Of a DNA stretch of 64,000 nt, positions 41,030-49,867 are shown piece by piece (within the stretch, counting starts at the first letter, position 1; each line of letters begins with the position of its first letter). Made by a program: the position numbers and the translations under genes. The stretch spans positions 15,955 through 79,954 of the forward strand of contig JADFYH010000011.1 of the NCBI GenBank assembly GCA_015233135.1, given 5' to 3'. The notes beneath the pieces were generated by a model. It was not told where the DNA came from, made no database searches, and saw only the letters and a list, made by a program, of their open reading frames with translations. The DNA comes from Deltaproteobacteria bacterium. Lineage in GTDB: Bacteria > UBA10199 > JADFYH01.

Positions 41030-41545
41030 ATGGCGACAATCGTAATGAGAAAACCTCGTTTGAGCTTTTGGCAAAGGATTTATGTGGGGGCTATTGCAAA
41101 GGGGCTATGGATTACACTCCGACATGCCTTGCGAAATACTTTGAATCAAAACAAGCTGTTGACTTATCAATATCCTGAACAGAAAAAACCTCTCCCGGAA
41201 TACTATCGGGCAGAGCATCGCCTGATGCAAAGACCCGATGGTTCTGTTCGTTGTACTTCTTGTATGCTTTGTGCCACTGCCTGTCCTGCCAACTGTATTG
41301 AAATCGTGGCGGCTGAACACCCTGACCCCAATATTGAAAAATATCCGATGGTTTATAATATCGATTTGCTGCGCTGTGTCTATTGTGGTTTTTGCGTGGA
41401 GGCCTGTCCTTGTGATGCCATCCGCATGGATACTCAAAAGGCTGACAAAGCAGAATTTGATAGGCCATCGTTTCTAGTGGATTTAAATTATTTGGTGAAT
41501 AATCACCCCGAAAATAAAAGTCCCTACTCCATCGCGCTCTATTGA
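41030..41545 (+). CDS. NuoI-like 2x[4Fe-4S] ferredoxin (NADH-quinone oxidoreductase subunit I homologue), orphan
   Basis: Two C-x2-C-x2-C-x3-CP motifs (CTSCMLCATACP, CVYCGFCVEACP) and a NuoI-like N-terminus. No other nuo genes in the window. Confidence 0.75.
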   Translation: MATIVMRKPRLSFWQRIYVGAIAKGLWITLRHALRNTLNQNKLLTYQYPEQKKPLPEYYRAEHRLMQRPDGSVRCTSCMLCATACPANCIEIVAAEHPDPNIEKYPMVYNIDLLRCVYCGFCVEACPCDAIRMDTQKADKAEFDRPSFLVDLNYLVNNHPENKSPYSIALY

Positions 41546-41583
41546 TAGCAGTAGTGACCAGTAGCCAGAAAATACAGTGAATT

Positions 41584-41925
41584 ATGCAAGAACAAGAAAA
41601 ACCTCAAATCAGGCCTGAGAATATTGAGGTGGAGGACACTGTCCCAGAAGAAAAAACCGGAGATAAAAAAAATCCCTCTTATGCCCAGGCGCCTGTCAAT
41701 TTGCCGGAGGATAATTTTTCGAAGGCTCGCATCGTAAAATATTTTCCACAATCCCGATATGGATTTGTGAAAGACAGACGTGGAAAGGACATTTACTTCA
41801 ATGTCGACGAATTGCGTTTTGTGGGAGATCGTGGCCGTGAATTTATTCGGGAAGGCGCTTGGGTGGGCTATGATGTAGGGTGGACCAGCCACGGGCTGCA
41901 CGTCAACCGGATGAAGATTTATTAG
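41584..41925 (+). CDS. hypothetical protein with cold-shock-domain-like C-terminal half
   Basis: YGFVKDRRGKDIYFNVDEL resembles CSD strands. Weak. Confidence 0.4.
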   Translation: MQEQEKPQIRPENIEVEDTVPEEKTGDKKNPSYAQAPVNLPEDNFSKARIVKYFPQSRYGFVKDRRGKDIYFNVDELRFVGDRGREFIREGAWVGYDVGWTSHGLHVNRMKIY

Positions 41926-42015
41926 TGGGCACCTCTAAAAACTACTGCACGTCCAGATGGCTTCATTTTGGAGCCGCCATTTTTAGAGGTGTCCTGAAGT
42001 GTAGCATTTCCTGTG

Positions 42016-43287
42016 TTATTCGTTATAGGCGCTTTCACCATGTTGTGAAAGATCCAGGCCCATACTCTCTTCTTCCGGATCCACGCGTAGGCCGATGACG
42101 AGGTCGACCCCTTTCAAAATAATGAACGTGGCGACTCCAGATAGTGCCGCGGTGAACAACACCGCCTTCAGTTGATTGAAAAACTGGCTCATGCCGCCGG
42201 CCAACGAAACTACCGCACCGTTTACGTAAAAGGTATTGGCAATGGCAGCATTCACGTCTGCGTTCGCCAGAAAGCCCAGCATCAACATGCCCGTGATACT
42301 CCCCACACCGTGGACGCCGAAGACATCCAGCGAATCGTCATAGCCGAAAATGGACTTGAGTTTCGTCACCGCCAGGTAGCAAATGATTCCCGCTGCAAGT
42401 CCGATGCAAAATGCCCCCGGGATGCTGACAAAACCGGCGGCCGGTGTGATTGTGGCCAGTCCAGCCACCATGCCGGACGCAACGCCCAGCACACTAGTTT
42501 TTCCCTTAAGTAAGCACTCTATCGCCGCCCAGCTCAATGCTGCTGCTGCAGCCGCCGAGAAATGAGTGGCCAAGGCGGCGCTGGTCGCAAGCCCACCCGC
42601 ATTCAACGCACTGCCGGCGTTGAAGCCAAACCAGCCCACCCAGAGCAAACCCGCCCCGATGAGTGAAAATACCACGTTGTGCGGGATCATCGGCGAATGG
42701 GGAAAACCTCGACGTTTGCCGATCACGAGTGCGCAGACCAGCGCGGAAATACCCGAGCTGATATGAACCACCGTGCCACCCGCAAAGTCGAGCACAGGGA
42801 TCGTTCCACCGAGGGCCCAGTTGAAATAACCGCCCTTGCCCCAAACCATGTGGCAGAGCGGCAGGTAGACAACCGAAGTCCAAATCAACATGAACACCAC
42901 ATAGGCCCTGAATTTGATTCGTTCCGCCACTGCGCCGCTGATGAGTGCGGGCGTGATGATGATAAACATCATTTGAAATAACATGAACGACTGTTGGGGA
43001 ATAGTCGCGGCATAGTCCGGGTTCGGTGCGCTGCCAACGCCCCTGAGAAACAGGTACTGGAGTGGGTTGCCGAAAAATGCGTTTCCATCTCCAAACGCCA
43101 CACTGTAACCGTACACAAACCACAGTGTCGACATCAGGGCCATCAGCACAAGACTATGCATCATGGTGGAAAGGACATTTTTGGAGCGAACCAAGCCTCC
43201 GTAAAATAGAATTAAACCCGGCGCGGTCATCATCAACACGAGCGCCGAACTCATGAGTATCCAAGCATTGTCTCCGGTATTTATCAT
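42016..43287 (-). CDS. amt: ammonium transporter (Amt/MEP family)
   Basis: Amt signature and 11 TM helices. GC-richer than its flanks. Many antisense shadow ORFs. Confidence 0.9.
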   Translation of the reverse strand: MINTGDNAWILMSSALVLMMTAPGLILFYGGLVRSKNVLSTMMHSLVLMALMSTLWFVYGYSVAFGDGNAFFGNPLQYLFLRGVGSAPNPDYAATIPQQSFMLFQMMFIIITPALISGAVAERIKFRAYVVFMLIWTSVVYLPLCHMVWGKGGYFNWALGGTIPVLDFAGGTVVHISSGISALVCALVIGKRRGFPHSPMIPHNVVFSLIGAGLLWVGWFGFNAGSALNAGGLATSAALATHFSAAAAAALSWAAIECLLKGKTSVLGVASGMVAGLATITPAAGFVSIPGAFCIGLAAGIICYLAVTKLKSIFGYDDSLDVFGVHGVGSITGMLMLGFLANADVNAAIANTFYVNGAVVSLAGGMSQFFNQLKAVLFTAALSGVATFIILKGVDLVIGLRVDPEEESMGLDLSQHGESAYNE

Positions 43288-43352
43288 GGGCGCGGAGATG
43301 AGCAGAAAAGGAGGGCAGTGTCAATAATTTGTCCACAACGTGTCAGTCAAAT

Positions 43353-44519
43353 TTAGCAAGATCTTTTCTTGATCAACACACGCCTCTCAATCTCAAAAAT
43401 TTTCTCGGGAATTTTTTCTTTTCCGAGTTTCTTTTTGTCATTTTCCTTGATGAAAAGATCAGCTCCAAATTTCTCTAAGGCCTGCGCCGCGCGGATGTTT
43501 TTGACACCGATGAGTTGCAGAGTAAGCAGCCCGCTCGGAGTTCCTGCAGGACCTTCTTCTTTGGCCAAAACCCGCGAAAGCGCATAAACCGTATCTCCGC
43601 TGACTGCGGGTTGAGTGTGATAACCTTCAGTATATCCAAAATCAATGAGGGAATTTTCGGTGGTGTCGCGGCTGGCCAAGCCCGCTAACCAGGCAAAGAC
43701 TAGTCCTCCATACACAATAGGCTCACCGCTCATGGCCCCGCTGCGGCCTGTAGAATAAAGACGGTCATAGTGCAGAGGATGCGTATTCATTACTTTGTAG
43801 GTCCAGGCAAAATGTTCATCCGTGATAGTTCGGCCGTTGGCATGCACAAAGATATCGCCTACTTTAAAATCTTCAAAATAGGTACGCACACCGGTCAAAT
43901 TTTTGGGGAACACTTTTGGAAATTCCGGAATTTCAATGCTGAGTTCTTTGGCTTCCGGGAAGGGTTGCGCGGCAATCGTGGAGGCATCGGTCTTTTTGCC
44001 CGCAGGCGCCACCATAATTTTACGGTCGTACTGCAACACCAGTTCTTCATTTTGATTGAGGGCAATGGTGCGAATGGTGGCAATCCCCGGTTTACCACCC
44101 TCTTTCACCTCGCGCTTCAAAACCTTGGTCATCGCCCGCAAGCTGTCTCCCGGATACACCGATTTCACAAAACACACATTGTAATAACCCAAATTCGCAA
44201 TCGCTTTTTCGGAATCATTTTGCACCCCCAAAGACAAGGCCACATTCATCACCATCAAGGGCGAAACAACAAGGTCTTTAAATCCATGCGCCTTGGCGTA
44301 CACCTCGTTGAGATAAAGGGGATTGGCTTCCATGAAGGTCGTTGCAAAATCGATGGCAAAGGCCTTAGTAATCGTAACCCCGCGAGGATGACAAAATACT
44401 TCTCCTTCGTCCAGGTCTTCAAGGACACGGCCATATTCGAGTTTTTTGATTTGGTTAAGATTGGCTTCGAGACTGGGGGCTTTTTCTGCAAATTTGGGAT
44501 AGGGAATTTTTTGGGGCAT
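43353..44519 (-). CDS. MaoC-family double hot-dog (R)-specific enoyl-CoA hydratase (mesaconyl-CoA hydratase-like)
   Basis: Two MaoC-like hot-dog halves. Start moved to MPQKIP. Confidence 0.75.
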   Translation of the reverse strand: MPQKIPYPKFAEKAPSLEANLNQIKKLEYGRVLEDLDEGEVFCHPRGVTITKAFAIDFATTFMEANPLYLNEVYAKAHGFKDLVVSPLMVMNVALSLGVQNDSEKAIANLGYYNVCFVKSVYPGDSLRAMTKVLKREVKEGGKPGIATIRTIALNQNEELVLQYDRKIMVAPAGKKTDASTIAAQPFPEAKELSIEIPEFPKVFPKNLTGVRTYFEDFKVGDIFVHANGRTITDEHFAWTYKVMNTHPLHYDRLYSTGRSGAMSGEPIVYGGLVFAWLAGLASRDTTENSLIDFGYTEGYHTQPAVSGDTVYALSRVLAKEEGPAGTPSGLLTLQLIGVKNIRAAQALEKFGADLFIKENDKKKLGKEKIPEKIFEIERRVLIKKRSC

Positions 44520-44637
44520 GGTGGAATCCTTTTTGTAAGTTAGGAACATGAAATCGTCGAACGCTATAGTGAATATTGAAATTCAGGTCAAGCGAGAGGG
44601 CTATAGCGGTGAAAAATTGCATTTGACAGCCAAAGTG

Positions 44638-44702
44638 ATCTGACGGCGATTATTCATGATCAATGGATGACATAAGTCATTGTTGACTTAAATATTTTTT
44701 AT
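44638..44702. repeat. 65-bp direct repeat, copy 1 (64/65 identical to 53581..53645)
   Basis: atctgacggcgattattcatgatcaatggatgacataagtcattgttgacttaaatattttttat. Lies 13 bp from the stop codon of the IS4 transposase remnant. Confidence 0.85.
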
Positions 44703-44715
44703 CACTGCTGTCCGG

Positions 44716-45108
44716 TTAACTCTCGAATAAAAACAACTGGTTAGAGAGTTGAGACAGATCCTGAGAACGAGGATTAGCGGCAAATATAGATAGAATGGGC
44801 TTTTGCTCGAAAAGATTGGTTTCTAAAAAGTGTAGCATTTTTGAGAGTCTGGTTTTGATTTGATAGCGCTGTTTTAAGATAGCCAAACTGAGATAAACAA
44901 TCATGGCAATCCAGATTTGAGTTTTTACAGCGTTGCGAGAAGTTCCATAAAACTTTTTGAAAGATGAACGAATCTTAAATAAAGAAGTCATGAAAGAGAA
45001 AGAGGAGTTGTGCCAGGAGGGAACTTTGAACGTGCTTGATCGAACATCTTTACTAGATTCGCGTACGGACGCACATCCAAAAAAGCAGCTTTTTTTGGCA
45101 AGGAACAA
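44716..45108 (-). mobile_element. IS4-family (DDE_Tnp_1) transposase C-terminal remnant
   Basis: FYGTSRNAVKTQIWIAMIVYLSLAIL...LFEQKPI matches the conserved extreme C-terminus of IS4-family transposases. The upstream part of the transposase is absent. The remnant abuts the GHKL gene. Confidence 0.5.
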
Positions 45109-45151
45109 CTATTTTCTATTGACTGGCTTTTTCATAGAAGAGGTCTAATAA

Positions 45152-46864
45152 ATGAATAGTATTGATGCCAAGGCGAAAAATATTACCCTGGTTCGTGGAA
45201 AAGAAAAAGGGAATTCCTATCTCAAAATAACGGATGATGGGCAGGGAATTCCCCAAGACGAAACGGGTAGGCCGGATTTTAAATATGTGGCCACCCACAT
45301 TTGTGACTCCATCAAGCGTCAGCTCAAGACCCAGGGGCTAAGAGGTCTGCAAGGGGAGTTTGGTATTGGCTTGTTGAGTTTCTGGACGGTAGGGGAAGAA
45401 TTGATTCTCACCTCTTCCGGGGCCGATGGAAAGTCCTACCAGATGCTTATGGCAAAAGGGAATCCCGACTATACCGTTCAACCCAGACGCGCGCTCTTTG
45501 CCCAGCAGGGGACTGAACTGCTCATTCAAAATCTGCTTCCTGGTATCAAACAACTGAGTGGAGAAAAACTGCAATGGTACCTGGCCTCCGAACTGAGGGA
45601 CCGGATTCGCAGCTCTGGCGTGCAGATCAAGATTGTCGATCGACAGTCTCGAAAAGAATTCAAAGTGGAACCTAGAAAATTTTCAGGCCGTCTGCTGCAT
45701 GATCTTCCGGCTCTCGAATCTCCGCATGGAAATATTTATGTCGAACTTTATCTCACCGAATCCAATCCCAATAATCAGATTGGCCTTTGTCGCCTGGGGA
45801 CAAGAGTCTTGGAAAAAATTGATCAATTGGAAATCTTTCAAAAAGCCCCCTGGAATTTGGATTGTTTTCAGGGGCTGATCGATGTCCCTTTTTTGAATCT
45901 GACCCCAGGCACCCGCTCCGGCATTATTCAGGACGATTATTTTTCGGCCTTTTGCTTTTCCCTGGCGCCTTTGGAAGAAACGTTAAACCTGCTTGTTGAA
46001 AATCAGCGCAAGGCCGAAGAAGAGCAAACCAGTCGCGAAATTTTAAGTTCCATCAAAAAAGCTTTTCTAGAAGCCCTTACCACCCTGCCCGATGAAGAAT
46101 ACGACTGGTTTGAAATCAAAAAACGACAGCAACAAGGGAGCAAAAATTATTTGGAAACCCTGGCTTCCAATTCGGAGTCTGCCAGCTTCGAAGGGGCCCC
46201 TGTCTTTGAAGATACTGCGTCAGAAACTTCTTCCGAAGAAACAGACTCTCCCCAGAAACAATTTTTTGAATTTTCCGGCCCACTGTTTAGCGTCAAAGTT
46301 TCCCCCGCTTCCTGTCTGATTCCTGTGGGCGGCAGCAAAAATTTTAGGGCTGTTTCCAGGGATCGCTCGCGAAGATTAGTAGAAGAAAAACTTTCCTACG
46401 AATGGAAAATTCTCGAAGGAGAAGGAGATCTGGAAGTTTCGGATAGCGAAGTCGTTGTCTTTATTGCTCCGCAAGAACCTGCCTTGACCCGCCTGCAAGT
46501 CACGGTCACCCAGCGATCTACCGTCTGCAGCGCGGAGGCCCTTATTACCGTCACGGATTCTCTTTTACCCAAGGCACAAGAATCGGAATCCCCTACCACT
46601 CAAGGACTTCCCGGTTATACCTTTCAGAAGGCCCCTGGCCAACTTTGGCGATCGAGATTTTTGCCGGAACAAAATGTGGTGGTCATCAATAATGCGCACC
46701 GTGATTTTGTCTACGCCTCGCGGAACAAATCTCTCAAACTCAAATACATCTGCCGACTCTTTGCCAAAGAATTGGTGTTCAAAAACTTTCCCGGTATTCC
46801 TCCCGATCAACTCTTGGAACGGATGATAGAGCTGGGGCTTTATACGGAAGAAAATCTTAAATAA
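45152..46864 (+). CDS. MORC-like GHKL (Bergerat-fold) ATPase domain protein, apparently 5'-truncated
   Basis: G1 box ITDDGQGIP, G2/MORC-like box GEFGIGLLSFWTVGEELILTSS. The ORF begins with MNSIDA, the second half of the N-box (ELVENSIDA), directly after two in-frame stops (TAATAA), so the catalytic Glu is missing. AGAAGAGG sits 8 nt upstream of the ATG. Confidence 0.6.
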   Translation: MNSIDAKAKNITLVRGKEKGNSYLKITDDGQGIPQDETGRPDFKYVATHICDSIKRQLKTQGLRGLQGEFGIGLLSFWTVGEELILTSSGADGKSYQMLMAKGNPDYTVQPRRALFAQQGTELLIQNLLPGIKQLSGEKLQWYLASELRDRIRSSGVQIKIVDRQSRKEFKVEPRKFSGRLLHDLPALESPHGNIYVELYLTESNPNNQIGLCRLGTRVLEKIDQLEIFQKAPWNLDCFQGLIDVPFLNLTPGTRSGIIQDDYFSAFCFSLAPLEETLNLLVENQRKAEEEQTSREILSSIKKAFLEALTTLPDEEYDWFEIKKRQQQGSKNYLETLASNSESASFEGAPVFEDTASETSSEETDSPQKQFFEFSGPLFSVKVSPASCLIPVGGSKNFRAVSRDRSRRLVEEKLSYEWKILEGEGDLEVSDSEVVVFIAPQEPALTRLQVTVTQRSTVCSAEALITVTDSLLPKAQESESPTTQGLPGYTFQKAPGQLWRSRFLPEQNVVVINNAHRDFVYASRNKSLKLKYICRLFAKELVFKNFPGIPPDQLLERMIELGLYTEENLK

Positions 46865-46874
46865 GGAACTTTAC

Positions 46875-49325
46875 ATGTCAAAAAACAAAACAGGATTCAA
46901 AAAAATCGAGAAGAAAATTTCGCGTACGCGCAAGCCCGACGACATGAGTGTCGAAGAGTGGCAGATTGCCTTGCGACGGCAGTTTGGGAGAGAACAGAAA
47001 TTTATTCTCAAGAAAGATCTTCAACGACCCGATGACCTGGATTTTCTGGTCACCAATCCTGAAAGTAAAAATACTTACCGGGTTGCCCTCCGGAGTACCG
47101 TGCCAGGGAAAAATTATTGTTCCTGCCCCGATTTTTCGTCGAATACCCTTTTGACCTGCAAGCACATCGAATTCAGTCTGGCCAAATTGGAGCGATCGAG
47201 AAAATTATCCCTTTTAAAAAATGCCCGGGTTCAAGCTTATTCCTCGGTTTTTGTGCAATATGGAAATGAACAAAAGCTGGCTTTCGAGCCTGCCTCCAAT
47301 GCCTCTCCGCAACTCCTTAAACTGAGTGCACAGTTTTTTGATGAAGAAGGATTTTTTAGGCACGAAACTTTCAACAAGTTTCAGAAATTTCAACAAGCCC
47401 TGCAAATTCTTTCTGACAAAGTGCATGTCTATGACGACGCCCTTCGACTGATCCAAAACAAGAACGAACAGCAGTTGTTCAAAAATCGCATTGATGATTT
47501 TTTCCCTCAGGGAATCAGCAGTGCTACTTTTGACGATCTACTTGCTGTACCTCTGTATCCCTATCAACGCGAGGGGGCTCTTTTTGCTGCGCGAAATGGC
47601 CGGGTGTTGATTGCGGATGAAATGGGCCTGGGAAAAACCATTCAAGCCATTGCCGCGGCTGAAATTTTGGCGCAAGTCATGCGAATCCAGCGCGTGCTCA
47701 TTGTGTGCCCCACCTCTCTCAAACACCAATGGCAGAGTGAGATTGAAAAATTTTCCAAACGTTCTGCCTTGGTCGTCAATGGTCTGTTAAAAAAACGACA
47801 GGAGACTTATGCCACTTCCAGCTTTTTCAAAATTATCAATTATGATGTGGTGTACAAAGATATTGCTCTGATCAACAGCTGGCAGCCCGACCTGGTGATT
47901 TTGGACGAGGCCCAGCGTATCAAAAACTGGAAAACGCGAGCCGCAAAAAGTGTAAAACTTTTGCAATCGCGTTTTGCGATTGTGCTCACGGGAACTCCCC
48001 TGGAAAATCGTTTGGAAGAGTTGCACTCCATCGTAAGTTTTATCGACAGGCAGCGGCTGGGGCCCCTGTTTCGTTTTTTACATAACCATCAGGTGAACAA
48101 CGAGTTTGGCAAAGTGACTGGCTATCACAATCTGGATCAAATTGGCGAAAGCCTGAAACCCATTTTGCTTCGTCGCCATAAAAGTGAGGTGCTGCAACAA
48201 TTACCCGAGCGCACAGATAAGACTTTTTTCATCCCCATGACCGAAGAACAATGGCTGCACCATGATGAAAATTATGAGGGAGTTTGCAAAATTGTGAACA
48301 AGTGGAGAAAGATGGGTTTTCTTTCGGATCAAGATCAAAAAAGACTGATGATGTTTTTGCAGAATATGCGTATGTCTTGCAACAGCACTTATCTTCTGGA
48401 TTCCAAAACCGATCATGGACGCAAGATTCCGGAGATCATCACACTGCTCAAGGAAATTTTGGAAGAGCCCAATATCAAGGTGGTTATTTTCAGCCAATGG
48501 TTGCGCAGTCACGAACTGATCCTGAAACACCTGGAAAAAAGCAAAATGGGTTACGTCTTCTTCCACGGAGGTGTGGAGAGTAGCAAACGCCGAGACCTGA
48601 TCCATAAATTCAAGCAGGACGAAAACTGCCGTCTCTTTCTTTCCACCGATGCCGGTGGAGTCGGGCTCAATCTGCAAAACGCCTCAGTTGTGATCAATGT
48701 GGATCAACCCTGGAATCCCGCTGTGCTGGAACAACGCATCGGTCGTGTGCATCGTATGGGGCAAAAAGAAAAAGTGCGAGTGTACAATTTTGTCGCAGAG
48801 AAAACCATAGAAGAAAGCATGCTGGGTGTCCTCAAATTCAAGAAGGGCCTGTTCTCGGGGGTGCTGGATGGGGGAGAAAGAGAAATTCATTTTGAAGGTT
48901 CACGCCTGAAAAAGTTTATGGAGACGATTGAAGCGATCACTCAAGAGCAGGAACAGATTCAGCATTCAGAAAACAGTTCCCAAGCAGAAAATACTGAAAC
49001 CCTTTCTTCGCAAGTAATTCCTCTTCCTCAAAGTTTTTCTGAAACCCAAAATGCTTCTGTCCCTATTGCACCCACACTTGCCCAACCTATTAATTGGGAA
49101 GACCTCATCTCCAGTGGAATGGATCTGGTCCAAAAATTTATGACGCAGGTTGCACAACCTAAAACACAAAACCCAGAAAGCATGACGCAGGCAAACTCCC
49201 CGCGAGAATGGCTGAAGATGGATACGGAAAGTGGTCAGATTAAATTGAATATCCCCTTGCCAAAGCCTGAGACCCTGAACAAATTGGGGCAGGTGTTTGC
49301 TTTGGTGAAGGAATTGATGGGTTGA
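46875..49325 (+). CDS. SWIM zinc-finger + SNF2-family helicase
   Basis: SWIM C-x-C-x(n)-C-x-H (YCSCPDFSSNTLLTCKHI). SNF2 motif I DEMGLGKTIQ, motif II ILDEAQRIKN, helicase-C (STDAGGVGLNL, RIGRVHRMGQ). Confidence 0.85.
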   Translation: MSKNKTGFKKIEKKISRTRKPDDMSVEEWQIALRRQFGREQKFILKKDLQRPDDLDFLVTNPESKNTYRVALRSTVPGKNYCSCPDFSSNTLLTCKHIEFSLAKLERSRKLSLLKNARVQAYSSVFVQYGNEQKLAFEPASNASPQLLKLSAQFFDEEGFFRHETFNKFQKFQQALQILSDKVHVYDDALRLIQNKNEQQLFKNRIDDFFPQGISSATFDDLLAVPLYPYQREGALFAARNGRVLIADEMGLGKTIQAIAAAEILAQVMRIQRVLIVCPTSLKHQWQSEIEKFSKRSALVVNGLLKKRQETYATSSFFKIINYDVVYKDIALINSWQPDLVILDEAQRIKNWKTRAAKSVKLLQSRFAIVLTGTPLENRLEELHSIVSFIDRQRLGPLFRFLHNHQVNNEFGKVTGYHNLDQIGESLKPILLRRHKSEVLQQLPERTDKTFFIPMTEEQWLHHDENYEGVCKIVNKWRKMGFLSDQDQKRLMMFLQNMRMSCNSTYLLDSKTDHGRKIPEIITLLKEILEEPNIKVVIFSQWLRSHELILKHLEKSKMGYVFFHGGVESSKRRDLIHKFKQDENCRLFLSTDAGGVGLNLQNASVVINVDQPWNPAVLEQRIGRVHRMGQKEKVRVYNFVAEKTIEESMLGVLKFKKGLFSGVLDGGEREIHFEGSRLKKFMETIEAITQEQEQIQHSENSSQAENTETLSSQVIPLPQSFSETQNASVPIAPTLAQPINWEDLISSGMDLVQKFMTQVAQPKTQNPESMTQANSPREWLKMDTESGQIKLNIPLPKPETLNKLGQVFALVKELMG

Positions 49326-49465
49326 ATCTGAAATATCTGAAGAATGAAATCCTATGTTAACTTCCATTTCAACTCCCATTTCAACTCTTGACAAAGGATA
49401 ATAAAAAGGGAGCTAATTAACGCATTAGGGAAAATTAAATTTAACCATGAACCTAGGAGGTCATT

Positions 49466-49840
49466 ATGCGAAAGTTACTACTTTTAGAGTTGATGGCTTG
49501 TGTTCTGGCAGCCATTGGTGCTTTGTTCTCAGTTACTCCTGCCTACGCCGAAACCTGCGGTCCCCAACCGGCTACGTTCGAGGTCGGAAACAGATTTGTC
49601 ACCTTTGGTGGTGCCGGTTCCAGCGGTGCACCAGCCCTTGCGATCATTGTCTCGCGTCTGCCGATTGGGTCGAGCAACATCGTGGTTGCAACCAACCCCG
49701 TCGAATCGGGGCCGAACGTTATTTTTAACGGGCCAGTCGCGATCGGGCAGAGAATCAATTTTCCGGATTATGCGGGAACATTCTACGTCAAGGTCCCCGG
49801 CTCGGGTGGCCAAGCGGCCATTCTTGTCTGTCATAATTAA
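49466..49840 (+). CDS. small secreted hypothetical protein (GC-rich)
   Basis: Signal peptide ...TPAYAETC. Two Cys near the termini. Clearly GC-richer than flanks. Confidence 0.5.
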   Translation: MRKLLLLELMACVLAAIGALFSVTPAYAETCGPQPATFEVGNRFVTFGGAGSSGAPALAIIVSRLPIGSSNIVVATNPVESGPNVIFNGPVAIGQRINFPDYAGTFYVKVPGSGGQAAILVCHN

Positions 49841-49867
49841 TCGCGGTATGAAGCGATCGGGAAATTT

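Noticed and set aside
42172-43336. Cluster of overlapping ORFs (up to 205 aa) on both strands inside the ammonium transporter gene
   Set aside because: The Amt reading frame is unambiguous (423 aa, full Amt signature). The rest are shadow ORFs caused by local high GC.
43770-44543. 257-aa plus-strand ORF antisense to the MaoC hydratase gene
   Set aside because: His/Arg/Gly-rich low-complexity translation, typical of antisense frames. The MaoC frame is well supported.
45152-46864. GHKL protein as a sensor histidine kinase
   Set aside because: There is no HisKA/DHp dimerisation-phosphoacceptor region or transmembrane sensor. The N-box fragment (NSIDA) and G2 region resemble GyrB/MutL/MORC-type GHKL rather than kinase CA domains.
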